NCBI RefSeq assembly: GCF_008065095.1
Contig: NZ_CP042911.1
Span: 5,910,001 to 5,942,000, forward strand
Direction: 5' to 3'
Source: Gemmata obscuriglobus
Lineage (GTDB): Bacteria > Planctomycetota > Planctomycetia > Gemmatales > Gemmataceae
DNA: 32,000 nt
A program made the position numbers and the translations under genes. The notes under the pieces were generated by a model, which was not told where the DNA came from, searched no databases, and saw nothing but the letters and a program-made list of their open reading frames with translations. Of this stretch, positions 8,013 through 16,211 are shown piece after piece (the first letter of the stretch is position 1; each line of letters opens with the position of its first letter).

Positions 8013-9164
8013 ATGTTGGACGTGTCGCGCAAGGAATTGTGGGCGATGCCTTCAGCCCGCTTGCTACTCGCTTCGCTCACGGAGCCGAAAAACGTCTCCG
8101 CCTATCGGTTACACCCGCTATCGCACAAAATCGTTGACAGGGCGATTGCCCTGCGCTACGGTCGCTTGGTTCGGGCAATGAAGCCCGGCGAACTGATTGA
8201 GGATAAGATGAGATGCTACCCCGAAGACGAATACGACCAGCAGGAGGCTAAGAAGCTCGGCGCGGCGGACTGGATGCTAAACGTCTTGAATGCAAACCCG
8301 GCTTACTGTTCGTGGGGGCCGCACGAGGACTACATGTGGAAGGAAGGGGACGGCTGGGATTCGCGGGTACTGAAAGAGTCTTGGGACGACTTTGGTCCTT
8401 GGGAACTTGATCACATGAACGAGGTGGTCAACTTCTACTTTGCCATCGGTCGGGACAGCAAGGAATGCCCCACGTGTGTGGGCCGGTTCTATCACCCGGA
8501 CAGTCAGTGGGTGAGCGAGTCGTTCTACTCGCACTCCAGCCCATTCAAGCGCCAGACGGAGCGAGACCTCCAGGGCAAGGCCATCATGGCCCGCTTTGGA
8601 GGAGACGAGATGAGGCCAATCCACAGCTACGGAATCTTCCCAGACGAGGCTACGCAGTCGAGGTACGGGATGGGCTTCCGTGCATTCTGCGAGGAAATGC
8701 GTCTAAATTACTGTTGGCATGACCGAATCACTCAGGACGAGGTGGATGCCCTGATTGAAGCAGGCCGACTTCACGACCTAACGAGCGATTGGAGTGCAGG
8801 AAGTGGGTGGCAGAAGAAAGAGCCTCTTCCAGCCATCACGCCAGAGATGGTCAATGCACGACAAGGGCGTGGTCTTGATAGCCACGATGGCATCAATCGC
8901 AGTATTTTAATCCGGGCCAGATTAAAGCGATTGGGGCTCCCTGAATACTGTCCGCAGTGTGACGGGGATGGCACCGTGTTTACTTCTGACCAACCTCACC
9001 TGAGCTTGGTTCTGTGGGTACTCCACCCCAGAAAGGGCTGCTCCCGCGGCGTCGAGATTAAGAACATCCAGCGGCACGAATTGCCCGTCGTGCGTGACTG
9101 GCTCACATCGGCGGCGAACCGAAACGCGGATCGATTCTCGAAGCTGTTGGACTTGGCCGCATGA
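8013..9164 (+). CDS. Hypothetical Cys-rich protein (up to 383 aa; start uncertain, ATG 8208 has a GAGGA SD)
   Basis: Long ORF with coherent coding look. Contains CPTCVG and CPQCDGDG (CxxCxGxG-like) motifs. No family recognised. Lower G+C than the flanking core genes. Confidence 0.65.
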   Translation: MLDVSRKELWAMPSARLLLASLTEPKNVSAYRLHPLSHKIVDRAIALRYGRLVRAMKPGELIEDKMRCYPEDEYDQQEAKKLGAADWMLNVLNANPAYCSWGPHEDYMWKEGDGWDSRVLKESWDDFGPWELDHMNEVVNFYFAIGRDSKECPTCVGRFYHPDSQWVSESFYSHSSPFKRQTERDLQGKAIMARFGGDEMRPIHSYGIFPDEATQSRYGMGFRAFCEEMRLNYCWHDRITQDEVDALIEAGRLHDLTSDWSAGSGWQKKEPLPAITPEMVNARQGRGLDSHDGINRSILIRARLKRLGLPEYCPQCDGDGTVFTSDQPHLSLVLWVLHPRKGCSRGVEIKNIQRHELPVVRDWLTSAANRNADRFSKLLDLAA

Positions 9165-9337
9165 CTCCCGTCGAGTTCTGCGAAGTAGGCGAATCGCTCT
9201 ACGGTGCGGGCCGGCAAGCAAAGCTGGCCCGCGCCCTCGGCCGAGACGACCGCACCATCCGCCGCTGGAAGTCGGGTGAAAGCCCTGTACCGAACGTGGT
9301 CGAGGAATGGCTGCGGAAGAAGCGGAAGCGCTACTGA
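9161..9337 (+). CDS. Small HTH (Cro/YdaS-like) DNA-binding protein, 58 aa
   Basis: My own translation, below the ORF-track cutoff: MTPVEFCEVGESLYGAGRQAKLARALGRDDRTIRRWKSGESPVPNVVEEWLRKKRKRY. Its ATG overlaps the upstream TGA as ATGA (9161..9164), suggesting translational coupling. Confidence 0.55.
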   Translation: MTPVEFCEVGESLYGAGRQAKLARALGRDDRTIRRWKSGESPVPNVVEEWLRKKRKRY

Positions 9338-9383
9338 TCGCCCGTCGAATCAGGTCACTTCCGGCAGAGCGCAACTAACGGGT

Positions 9384-9425
9384 GGAAAAAGAATGAGCCG
9401 CCAGGGACCGCCCCTGACGGCTCAT
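9384..9425 (-). terminator. Putative intrinsic terminator (minus strand)
   Basis: 8-bp stem ATGAGCCG (9393..9400) pairs with CGGCTCAT (9418..9425). On the minus strand it is followed by TCTTTTTCC. Confidence 0.35.
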
Positions 9426-9647
9426 CCGCCCAAGCCTCCGACGGTGTCCCGCTGACACCATCGGGGTTGCCATGCCGACCGGGGTAAGGCACGCAGTGTG
9501 CCGTCGTTCCTATGAATCGCGTAGTTGTGCGCAACTCTCGTCTTTGAATGGGGTTCGAGCATTTGACGTGAGGAGTCGCGGGTTGGCCGCTCGGGATGCA
9601 CGGTCCGCGCAGTTGAACGCATTGCGATCACGCCGGGCGTCATCCAT

Positions 9648-9857
9648 TCAGGCTCCGTCCTGCGTCATGGCGTAGAGCATGACCGCGACGGTGAGCCCAA
9701 CGGCCAGGAGGAGCAGCCCGAGGACGAGGCCGATGGCGAGGCCCCACCAGTGGCCAATCAGCCAGCCGATAACGGCCAGGACGATGGCGATGACGAACAG
9801 CGCCACCACGACGATCCCGAAGACACGGCTGGCGTCCTTGCGGAACTTCTCGCTCAT
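9648..9857 (-). CDS. Small hydrophobic membrane protein (69 aa from MSEKFRKD)
   Basis: Two predicted TM stretches (FGIVVVALFVIAIVLAVIGWLI; LAIGLVLGLLLLAVGLTVAVML). Lies 43 nt downstream of the sigma-factor gene on the same strand. Confidence 0.5.
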   Translation of the reverse strand: MSEKFRKDASRVFGIVVVALFVIAIVLAVIGWLIGHWWGLAIGLVLGLLLLAVGLTVAVMLYAMTQDGA

Positions 9858-9900
9858 GACGCCCTCGTAGCCGCGAAGCACTCACCGCTATCGTATCCGT

Positions 9901-11931
9901 TTAGTCCGCGTACTCGGGCTCTAAGTACGGCCGCGACACCTTGGTCACCTTTGCCGTTGGGGCCAGGGCGCCGCCCTTTTCAAACTCGACGTCGATCTTG
10001 ATGTACGGGCAGAGGATCATGACGAACCGGTTCTTCCCGACCTGGGCGAGACCGCCGTCGGTGCGGAAGTGCTTGGTCACGTCCGCGTAGGTGCTCCCGA
10101 CCTTGATTGAGTCGGCCTCCTTGAGCCGCTCGGCCAGCCAGGCGTTCGTCGTCTGGTACGCCTCCGCGTCCTTCCCCTTGAGCTGCCGCATCCCGTCGTG
10201 GGTCGGGAGGCTAATCGAGTCCTTCTGGTCACTCACTTCGAGTTCCAGTTTCCCTGTGGAGAGCCTCGCAATCATCGGGTCGACTTTGAGCGCCCCGATG
10301 GAGGAGCTGCCGAGCACCCGCTCGTACTGAAGGACGACCTTCCCGGTTCCGACTTTGAGGGGGTGGTTCTTGGTCATGGGCGTTCCACCGTCCGATCGGA
10401 GCTCGTAAGGCACTCCCGACGCCCCGTGAATACGGGTTTCGAGTACGGCCTCCTTGCCCGGTTCCAGGCTCACTTTGATCGGAGCGTGGAGCACTCCCAT
10501 GACCGCTACCGTTGCCTGTGGGATCGCTTTCCCGTCCGCCCCCGTTACGCCGGGCGGGTTCTCGTCCAGGTACTGCCGGATGTACTCGAACTTCACCGTC
10601 TCCTTCCCGACGTTGCGCACCCGGACGAGCAGAGTGACCGTCTCGCCGATGCGGTACGCACGCTCTTCCTTGATCCCGAGCCCCGCCTGCAGGCCGCCGA
10701 CTTCCTTGCCCCACGCCGTGAAGGGCTCTTTCTCAAGCGCGATCATCGTGCGCCCGTCCCCCTGAGCGGTTGCGAATGTCGTCGGGCGGACCTTCTCCCC
10801 GAAACAGACACGCAGCTTCGGCCCATCGAGTTCGTAAATGCCCGGCGACGTCGTCCCCTTCAGCGTGCCGTCGAGCGAGGTCAGGTCGATCTCTTTCGGC
10901 GTCTTATCGGGGTTCAGTTTGAACGCCATCTTGCCCGTCGACCTCGGTTGACTGGCGGTGATCTGGTCGCCCTTGATGGCCCACCTCATCCCTTCCAACA
11001 CGTCCGCAGGCACCTTCTCGCCGTCTCCCTCCATCGCCACCACCACCCATCGGCCTTGCAGGTCACCGAAGTCCGGGGCCTTCTTTGGTGGCGGAGCGGT
11101 TCGCTCCTCAACAGGGGGCTTATCGACCTGAGCCGATGCCCGTCGGTCGACGAGGCCCGCGGCCCCGACCGCCAGAAGGCCCAGCACCATGACGATGGCG
11201 ATAGCCGACTTAAGTTTGCTCACCAGCATGGCGTTTAAGACTCCTTGCGTGAGGGCTGCGACTGGACCGGTCGGACGCCCTGAGGAAGCAAGAGCCGCAA
11301 CACGAATGGCTGAAGGCGCAGAGGCCGGAAGGGCCGGCGTTCCCGCGAGGACTGCGGCCACCGAAACCGCCGGGGCGTGTCTTGCGAGCCGCTTGGCAAG
11401 CATTTCTCTCGCCCGGGACAGGCGTCCCGCAACCGTACCCTCGGGCCAACCGAGGATCAGAGCGGCTTCTTTGCGGGTCCGACTCTCCAGGTCACACAAC
11501 ACGATCACGGTGCGGTACGCCTCGGGCAGGCGGCTCAGCTCCTCGTCGAGTGCGGCCCGCAGTTCGACCAGCGGGTCGGATTCAGCCGGGCGGTCGGGCA
11601 TGTCTCCGGTCCTCTCCTTCCGCCGGACGATGGACCGGTGGGCCAGCAGCGCGGCCCTCCGCGCCACCCCGTAGAGCCAGTTCGCCACCTCCCGCGGGGC
11701 GGCCGTCCGTGCCTTCTGTGCCAGCACGAGGAACGTCGCCTGGAACGCGTCCTCGGCGTCTTGCTCGGGGAGTATTCGCCGGCAGATCCCGTACACCATC
11801 GCCCCGTGCCGACGGACCAGGAGCGCGAACGCATCCTCGTCACGGCGGTCGACGAACCGCCCCAACAGTTCCGCGTCGGTCTGTTCCTCGTCCGCGATGA
11901 CACGCAGGACCCGTGCTGTGCTCACCGGCAT
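9901..11931 (-). CDS. ECF-type sigma-70 factor fused to a TM segment and a large extracytoplasmic C-terminal region
   Basis: Start taken at MPVSTARVL (ATG 11931). Sigma region 2: LLVRRHGAMVYGICRRIL...DAEDAFQATFLVLAQKA. Region 4: LPEAYRTVIVLCDLESRTRKEAALILGWPEGTVAGRLSRAREMLAKRL. TM segment: AIAIVMVLGLLAVGAAGLV. GRWVVVAMEGDGEKVP...PKEIDL...GIYELDGPKLRVCF resembles the planctomycete TIGR03067 module. Confidence 0.85.
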   Translation of the reverse strand: MPVSTARVLRVIADEEQTDAELLGRFVDRRDEDAFALLVRRHGAMVYGICRRILPEQDAEDAFQATFLVLAQKARTAAPREVANWLYGVARRAALLAHRSIVRRKERTGDMPDRPAESDPLVELRAALDEELSRLPEAYRTVIVLCDLESRTRKEAALILGWPEGTVAGRLSRAREMLAKRLARHAPAVSVAAVLAGTPALPASAPSAIRVAALASSGRPTGPVAALTQGVLNAMLVSKLKSAIAIVMVLGLLAVGAAGLVDRRASAQVDKPPVEERTAPPPKKAPDFGDLQGRWVVVAMEGDGEKVPADVLEGMRWAIKGDQITASQPRSTGKMAFKLNPDKTPKEIDLTSLDGTLKGTTSPGIYELDGPKLRVCFGEKVRPTTFATAQGDGRTMIALEKEPFTAWGKEVGGLQAGLGIKEERAYRIGETVTLLVRVRNVGKETVKFEYIRQYLDENPPGVTGADGKAIPQATVAVMGVLHAPIKVSLEPGKEAVLETRIHGASGVPYELRSDGGTPMTKNHPLKVGTGKVVLQYERVLGSSSIGALKVDPMIARLSTGKLELEVSDQKDSISLPTHDGMRQLKGKDAEAYQTTNAWLAERLKEADSIKVGSTYADVTKHFRTDGGLAQVGKNRFVMILCPYIKIDVEFEKGGALAPTAKVTKVSRPYLEPEYAD

Positions 11932-12031
11932 GCCCGCCCTCCACACATAGATGCTGCCGGACCCCGCCGTTTTGATACACAATTTTCCGACGGTTGAGTG
12001 GCCTGCTGCGATGTGCTTCCGGAGGGGCGCG

Positions 12032-12358
12032 ATGAGCGATTTGCCGAACAGAGTCGTTCTCACCAGCGGGATGAAGCACGGCGAGGCGAAGGCGCTGCTT
12101 GCGGCTTTGTGGCCACGGATGCGTGTCATCATCTACCGCTCGACGGTGCAGCACTACAAGGAGGGGTACCCCACGGCAGAGGAACTGGAGCTCGGTGACG
12201 ACGAGGAGATGTGCCGCACACCGGGGCGGGAGGCCGTTTTACATGGGGAAATGACCGGACAGGACCTGCACCATGCGATCATGAAGGCGTTCAGCCTGGA
12301 CACAGAGCTCGATGTCGGGATTCACGGGGTGTGGAGGAAGAAGCTGAGCGAGGCGTGA
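12032..12358 (+). CDS. Hypothetical protein (108 aa)
   Basis: ATG 12032 is preceded by GGAGGGG. It is divergent from the sigma-factor gene. No family recognised. Confidence 0.45.
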   Translation: MSDLPNRVVLTSGMKHGEAKALLAALWPRMRVIIYRSTVQHYKEGYPTAEELELGDDEEMCRTPGREAVLHGEMTGQDLHHAIMKAFSLDTELDVGIHGVWRKKLSEA

Positions 12359-12384
12359 ACTCGGAGGGGGGCATTCGGCCTGGA

Positions 12385-12425
12385 GCAACCCGAACCCTGA
12401 CACCGGGTTGCACGTCTTCCTTACT
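12385..12425 (+). terminator. Putative intrinsic terminator
   Basis: Stem GCAACCCG (12385..12392) pairs with CGGGTTGC (12404..12411), followed by a pyrimidine/T-rich stretch CTTCCTT. Confidence 0.35.
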
Positions 12426-12433
12426 GTTAGAAT
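12425..12433 (+). promoter_or_regulatory. Possible extended -10 element TGTTAGAAT upstream of the MTase fusion gene
   Basis: TGnTAnAAT-like sequence about 50 nt upstream of the TTG start at 12481. Planctomycete promoter rules are poorly known. Confidence 0.2.
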
Positions 12434-12480
12434 CGACGGGGTGACTCCGTGCGTGGTGCATGTGACGTTGCGCCGGCCGG

Positions 12481-14001
12481 TTGGGAGGGCTGCGCTTGAT
12501 CCGACCGAACTCGCTATACCACGCAGATAGCCTGACGCTCCTGGAGCGGATCGACGGGGGTGTAGCCCGAACCATCTACTTGGACCCACCGTGGTTCAGC
12601 CAGCCCTCCATCGGGACGCGGGGTTCCGGCTCCCGTGTCGCGAACGGGTTGCGCGACTACCTCGATAACTTTGCCCGCGTACTCCAACAGTGCCATCGCA
12701 TCCTTGCGGATGACGGGAGCATCATCGTCCACGCCGAGCCGTCCCTCGGACAGAAATTCGCTTTGCTCCTTGAGCAGATCTTCCGCGACAACCATGTCGA
12801 CGACTACATCCTTCCCCAATTCGGGATGAATCAGGGAGTCAGGCACGCTGCACTCCTGCACTACGGCAAGAGCCAAAACACATTACTGAACGACGTCTGC
12901 CGACCGGTCGAGGAAAGCGAACATGTACGGAACCCGGATGACGACCCGAGGGGCGCGTGGCGGGCTGTTGATCTGACTACGCGGATGGATCGCCCGATGC
13001 TCCAGTTCGAGTGGCGAGGGCATCAGCCGCCCATCGGCCGATCATGGCGATACCAACTCAGCGAACTGGAACGTCTGGCTGACGAGGGCAGAATTCACTT
13101 CTCGGCTGGAGGTAGCCCCCCAAGGCTGAAGGCGTACCAATCCGAACGGCGGAGCGTCCCGGTCGGCACCATCTGGGACGACCTCCAACCTCTTCGCGGT
13201 GGGTCTGCGGAGAGGGTCGGCTTTCCATCTCAGCAGCCAGTTGCTCTGATCGAGCGGGTCATACTGCGCACCTCGAACCCGGACGATCTGGTTATCGATC
13301 CGTACTGCGGCTCGGGCACCTCGCTGGTCGCGGCGCACCGCCAGGACCGCTGCTGGATCGGGTGCGACTCGTCGCCGGAAGCGATCGAGTTGACGAGGGC
13401 GCGGCTGTCCACGGCAGGGATTGCAGAAGGGTGGCACGACCGCTCGGCTCCCGACCTGATGGCCATTGAGGCGAAGCCGATCTTCCTCCGCCGTGTCGTG
13501 ACGATGGTCGAGGATCTAAACGCGGCCGAGGTGCTTATCGCTGAAGGCGAGAGCGAATTCGTCGAGTGGAAGGTCTCTGCTTACTGGAACGCCTTCAACA
13601 GCCAGAAGGACGAGAAGAACAAAGAGAAGCTCATCCGCTCTGTCGCCGCGTTCCTGAACAGCCAGGACGGCGGCACGATCCTGATCGGGGTCGCCAACGA
13701 CGGCACGCTTCCCGGCTTAATCGACGATTACAAGGCAACTAATTCCCAGCGACCGGGGCGTGACAGCTACGAGCTTTGGATGCGGCAGACCCTGCGTGAC
13801 AGGCTCGGCAAGGAGTTCGATCCGTTCGTGAAGATCGCTTTTGACGAAGTTCGTGGGCAGGACGTGTGCATCATTCGGGTTGCAGGGGGCAATCGGCCGG
13901 CTTGCAATTTAGACAAGCTCCCAATCCGCCGCGGCAACCAAACTGTGGACCTGCCGCTGAAGGAAGCGATAGAGTATAGCCGGATACGGTGGCCGTTGTG
14001 A
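12481..14001 (+). CDS. Beta-class (N6_N4_Mtase type) DNA methyltransferase fused to a C-terminal AlbA_2 / Schlafen-like domain
   Basis: Motif IV DPPW is at 12583..12594, near the N-terminus. Motif I DLVIDPYCGSGTSLVAAH lies about 260 aa later, which is the beta-class order. The C-terminal ~160 aa (EGESEFVEWKVS...IRSVAAFLNSQDGGTILIGVANDGTLPGL...VCIIRVAGGNRP...PIRRGNQT) matches the AlbA_2 pattern. Start is TTG at 12481 or 12496. Confidence 0.85.
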   Translation: MGGLRLIRPNSLYHADSLTLLERIDGGVARTIYLDPPWFSQPSIGTRGSGSRVANGLRDYLDNFARVLQQCHRILADDGSIIVHAEPSLGQKFALLLEQIFRDNHVDDYILPQFGMNQGVRHAALLHYGKSQNTLLNDVCRPVEESEHVRNPDDDPRGAWRAVDLTTRMDRPMLQFEWRGHQPPIGRSWRYQLSELERLADEGRIHFSAGGSPPRLKAYQSERRSVPVGTIWDDLQPLRGGSAERVGFPSQQPVALIERVILRTSNPDDLVIDPYCGSGTSLVAAHRQDRCWIGCDSSPEAIELTRARLSTAGIAEGWHDRSAPDLMAIEAKPIFLRRVVTMVEDLNAAEVLIAEGESEFVEWKVSAYWNAFNSQKDEKNKEKLIRSVAAFLNSQDGGTILIGVANDGTLPGLIDDYKATNSQRPGRDSYELWMRQTLRDRLGKEFDPFVKIAFDEVRGQDVCIIRVAGGNRPACNLDKLPIRRGNQTVDLPLKEAIEYSRIRWPL

Positions 14002-14020
14002 TGAATGGCAGAGCGACTAC

Positions 14021-14491
14021 TCATTCCCCTGTCGCGGCATATTGGAAGGCGGCAATGGCAATGCGAGCCTCCGGTTGGTACTCACCCCAGTGTCGAGAGG
14101 CGTAGGTCTCGGCGTCGTTGTAATCGCCTCGCTGCCTCTGCCGGTAGTCTTCGGCTGCAAGTGCTCGGGCGACTCGCTCCACCTTCGCCCCATGTGCTGA
14201 CTGCTGTGCTTTCCTCACGGATTCACGCACCGCCTCCCACGTTAAAGGGCTGCAATTCCAGCCAAGTGCTTTGGCTTCCTCGTAAGAATTTGGCAGCCCC
14301 TCATTTGGTGCTGGGGGCTTGAGGGCGGGGAGGAGTGCAAGAGCTTTGGCTGCCTGAGTTCCGTCTCGTGTGGTGGACAAAGTGCTTCCAACGTTGCCAG
14401 AAATCTCGGTGCGTGAAACCGTAATCGCGGTGGCCCCAGCGTAGAACTCCAACACCTTCTTCACTTGCTCGTATGCTTCCGTGCGATCCAT
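14021..14491 (-). CDS. Hypothetical protein (156 aa), last gene of the phage-like operon
   Basis: Intact ORF, 2 nt after the upstream gene's stop. No family recognised. Confidence 0.55.
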   Translation of the reverse strand: MDRTEAYEQVKKVLEFYAGATAITVSRTEISGNVGSTLSTTRDGTQAAKALALLPALKPPAPNEGLPNSYEEAKALGWNCSPLTWEAVRESVRKAQQSAHGAKVERVARALAAEDYRQRQRGDYNDAETYASRHWGEYQPEARIAIAAFQYAATGE

Positions 14492-14493
14492 GC

Positions 14494-14970
14494 TCAGCCC
14501 TCCTGCTTTGGTGCTGCCGCAAGCATCGCTCGATAAGCCTCTTTCTGGCTTTCAAAGCGTCCAAATCGGAGATCAGTGCTAACGCGCTCCATGTTTCGGT
14601 CAATCACGTCGAAGTACGCCTTCTGCATCTCCAGCGTGATTTCCTCCGGCACCAGGCGAAACCCCGGCGGCTGAGATAGGATGGGCAGGATGTCCAGGGC
14701 CGCTTTGGCTTCAGCGTGGAACTGGATCAAGTCGTAGTCGTCTGGGTCTGAGCTTTCCTGCTTGCAGAAGGCGGCACGAATCGCTACCGCCACCCGCTCC
14801 ACCATCTCATCCGTGGCACCCGTAGCAGGCTGGTTCAGGAGAGCGAGAGCTTGTGCTTCAGTGAGTGCGATACGCCCAGAGTCCTTGTGGTGCCAGTATT
14901 CTGCCCCGAGAGCATTCCGATGGAATTTCCATCCGGCAGCTTCCAAAAGCGATTCGGTATGTTCAGTCAT
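14494..14970 (-). CDS. Hypothetical phage-like protein (158 aa)
   Basis: Intact ORF overlapping the upstream gene by 8 nt. LVPEEITLEMQKAY resembles a motif common in small prophage proteins (recalled from memory). Confidence 0.55.
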   Translation of the reverse strand: MTEHTESLLEAAGWKFHRNALGAEYWHHKDSGRIALTEAQALALLNQPATGATDEMVERVAVAIRAAFCKQESSDPDDYDLIQFHAEAKAALDILPILSQPPGFRLVPEEITLEMQKAYFDVIDRNMERVSTDLRFGRFESQKEAYRAMLAAAPKQEG

Positions 14971-15220
14971 GGCTGATTCCTTTCAGTGGTTTGGTGGAGG
15001 CCTTCTGCTCGCTGCGGTAGATCAGCCACGCCATCGGTACGGGCGGCAGGAAGAACCATGCGGCAGCTTTAAGAAGTTCGCCTTCGAGCAGATAGCAACC
15101 CGCGATAACGCCGCCGATTCCGGGGAGGAAGGGGATACCCGAGAACAGCCCCCACGGGAGCACGAGAAGGATGAGGTAGATACGGGTAATGGCTACATGT
15201 GCGCTCGGGGCTTTATGCAT
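14963..15220 (-). CDS. Small membrane protein (85 aa)
   Basis: Hydrophobic stretches IYLILLVLPWGLFSGIPFL and AAAWFFLPPVPMAWLI. SD-like AAAGGAA lies upstream of the ATG. Confidence 0.45.
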   Translation of the reverse strand: MHKAPSAHVAITRIYLILLVLPWGLFSGIPFLPGIGGVIAGCYLLEGELLKAAAWFFLPPVPMAWLIYRSEQKASTKPLKGISHD

Positions 15221-15279
15221 GACTGATTCCTTTCAGTTTGCGGTTGGAGGCACAAGCCGCGAGAAGTGCGTGGCCGGAC

Positions 15280-15486
15280 TCATGGAGCCGCCTTCGTGCG
15301 GTTGGTCTTGTCCGACATCGATTCCGGAATCACGCAATCCGCCAGGCCGATGTTGTGGGTCAGGCAGAAGCGGTAGAACTCTGTGTCGCTGATGTTGGGA
15401 CGAGTCAGGCCATAAGCCGCCGATGCTAATCCGGTAAGCAGTACGAATCCCGCAACGGCTCCCGCTGCAAAATCACTCTTGCTCAT
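15280..15486 (-). CDS. Small membrane protein (68 aa, MSKSDFAAGAVAGFVLLTGLASAAYGL...)
   Basis: Its ATG overlaps the upstream stop as ATGA (15483..15486). It is the 3' part of track ORF 15280..15780, whose upstream part overlaps the better-supported 15483..15881 frame. Confidence 0.45.
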   Translation of the reverse strand: MSKSDFAAGAVAGFVLLTGLASAAYGLTRPNISDTEFYRFCLTHNIGLADCVIPESMSDKTNRTKAAP

Positions 15487-15881
15487 TCCGTGCCCTCCTG
15501 CTTCCGGGCTGCGGGGAGAGGCATCCAGTGGGTTGCTGATTGCGTTGTGGCGGAACCGTGGCCATCCATTCCATCGTCGTAGATAATCCAAACCGTACCA
15601 TGCTTGTTCACTGAGCCAGTTACAACAGGGCACTGAAGGAGCGAGGGCACGAACAGGAGAATCTCCGTGCCATCCCTCGGCGCGCTTTCGATTGGCAGCC
15701 ACTGCTGCGTAAGTGCAGGGAGAGACGCACGAGCGGCCACCACCTTCTTGAACGCGGCTTCGAGTTCTTCCGACTGCCACCCACCGCTATCCGAGCCACG
15801 GTCGCAGACCTCCTCAAACGCAAGGATTGAATCGAGGGCATCTGCCACCATTCTGACGGTATCTTCAAACGCGGCCTTCAT
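15483..15881 (-). CDS. DUF551-like phage protein (132 aa)
   Basis: WLPIESAPRDGTEILLF ... ATHWMPLP matches the DUF551 pattern (W.P..e.lP ... THWMPLP). Confidence 0.6.
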   Translation of the reverse strand: MKAAFEDTVRMVADALDSILAFEEVCDRGSDSGGWQSEELEAAFKKVVAARASLPALTQQWLPIESAPRDGTEILLFVPSLLQCPVVTGSVNKHGTVWIIYDDGMDGHGSATTQSATHWMPLPAARKQEGTE

Positions 15882-16141
15882 GCCTTCGCCCTTTCGGCCA
15901 GCATGGCGTCGGCCAAGTCGTATGCTGCCGAAGCAAAAGCTTCTGATACCGACACGCCCAGTTCATTGGCGGTTGACTTGATAAAGTTTGTGGTATTGCG
16001 CTGCATAATCGGCGCTAGTGCCGCCGCCGCAAAGTAATCGCGGAGCGTCATGCCGTGTTCAGGCCAACAGAACTGGTCATTGGGCAAGCCGGACATGCCC
16101 GGAATTGGAAATGCTTGGGGGTTCTCTAGCTTACCGCTCAC
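15878..16141 (-). CDS. Hypothetical phage-like protein (87 aa, GTG start; an internal ATG start is also possible)
   Basis: GMTLRDYFAAAALAPIM is a motif I recall from small prophage proteins. Overlaps the next gene by 4 nt. Confidence 0.5.
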   Translation of the reverse strand: MSGKLENPQAFPIPGMSGLPNDQFCWPEHGMTLRDYFAAAALAPIMQRNTTNFIKSTANELGVSVSEAFASAAYDLADAMLAERAKA

Positions 16142-16164
16142 GTCACCTCTCTACCCGCTCCTCG

Positions 16165-16211
16165 GTGTAGCAGCCGCATGATTACAGCGACGTACCCGGC
16201 GGCAGCTACAC
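16165..16211. promoter_or_regulatory. 13-bp imperfect inverted repeat (12/13) with 21-nt spacer in the divergent control region
   Basis: GTGTAGCAGCCGC (16165..16177) against GCGGCAGCTACAC (16199..16211), 24-70 nt upstream of the operon start at 16141. Confidence 0.3.

Noticed and set aside
9426-9647. Non-coding stretch containing GGTTCGAGC, considered as a tRNA or tmRNA fragment or an att site for an integrated element.
   Set aside because: I could not build a T-arm (the flanking bases do not pair) or any cloverleaf. No integrase is nearby.
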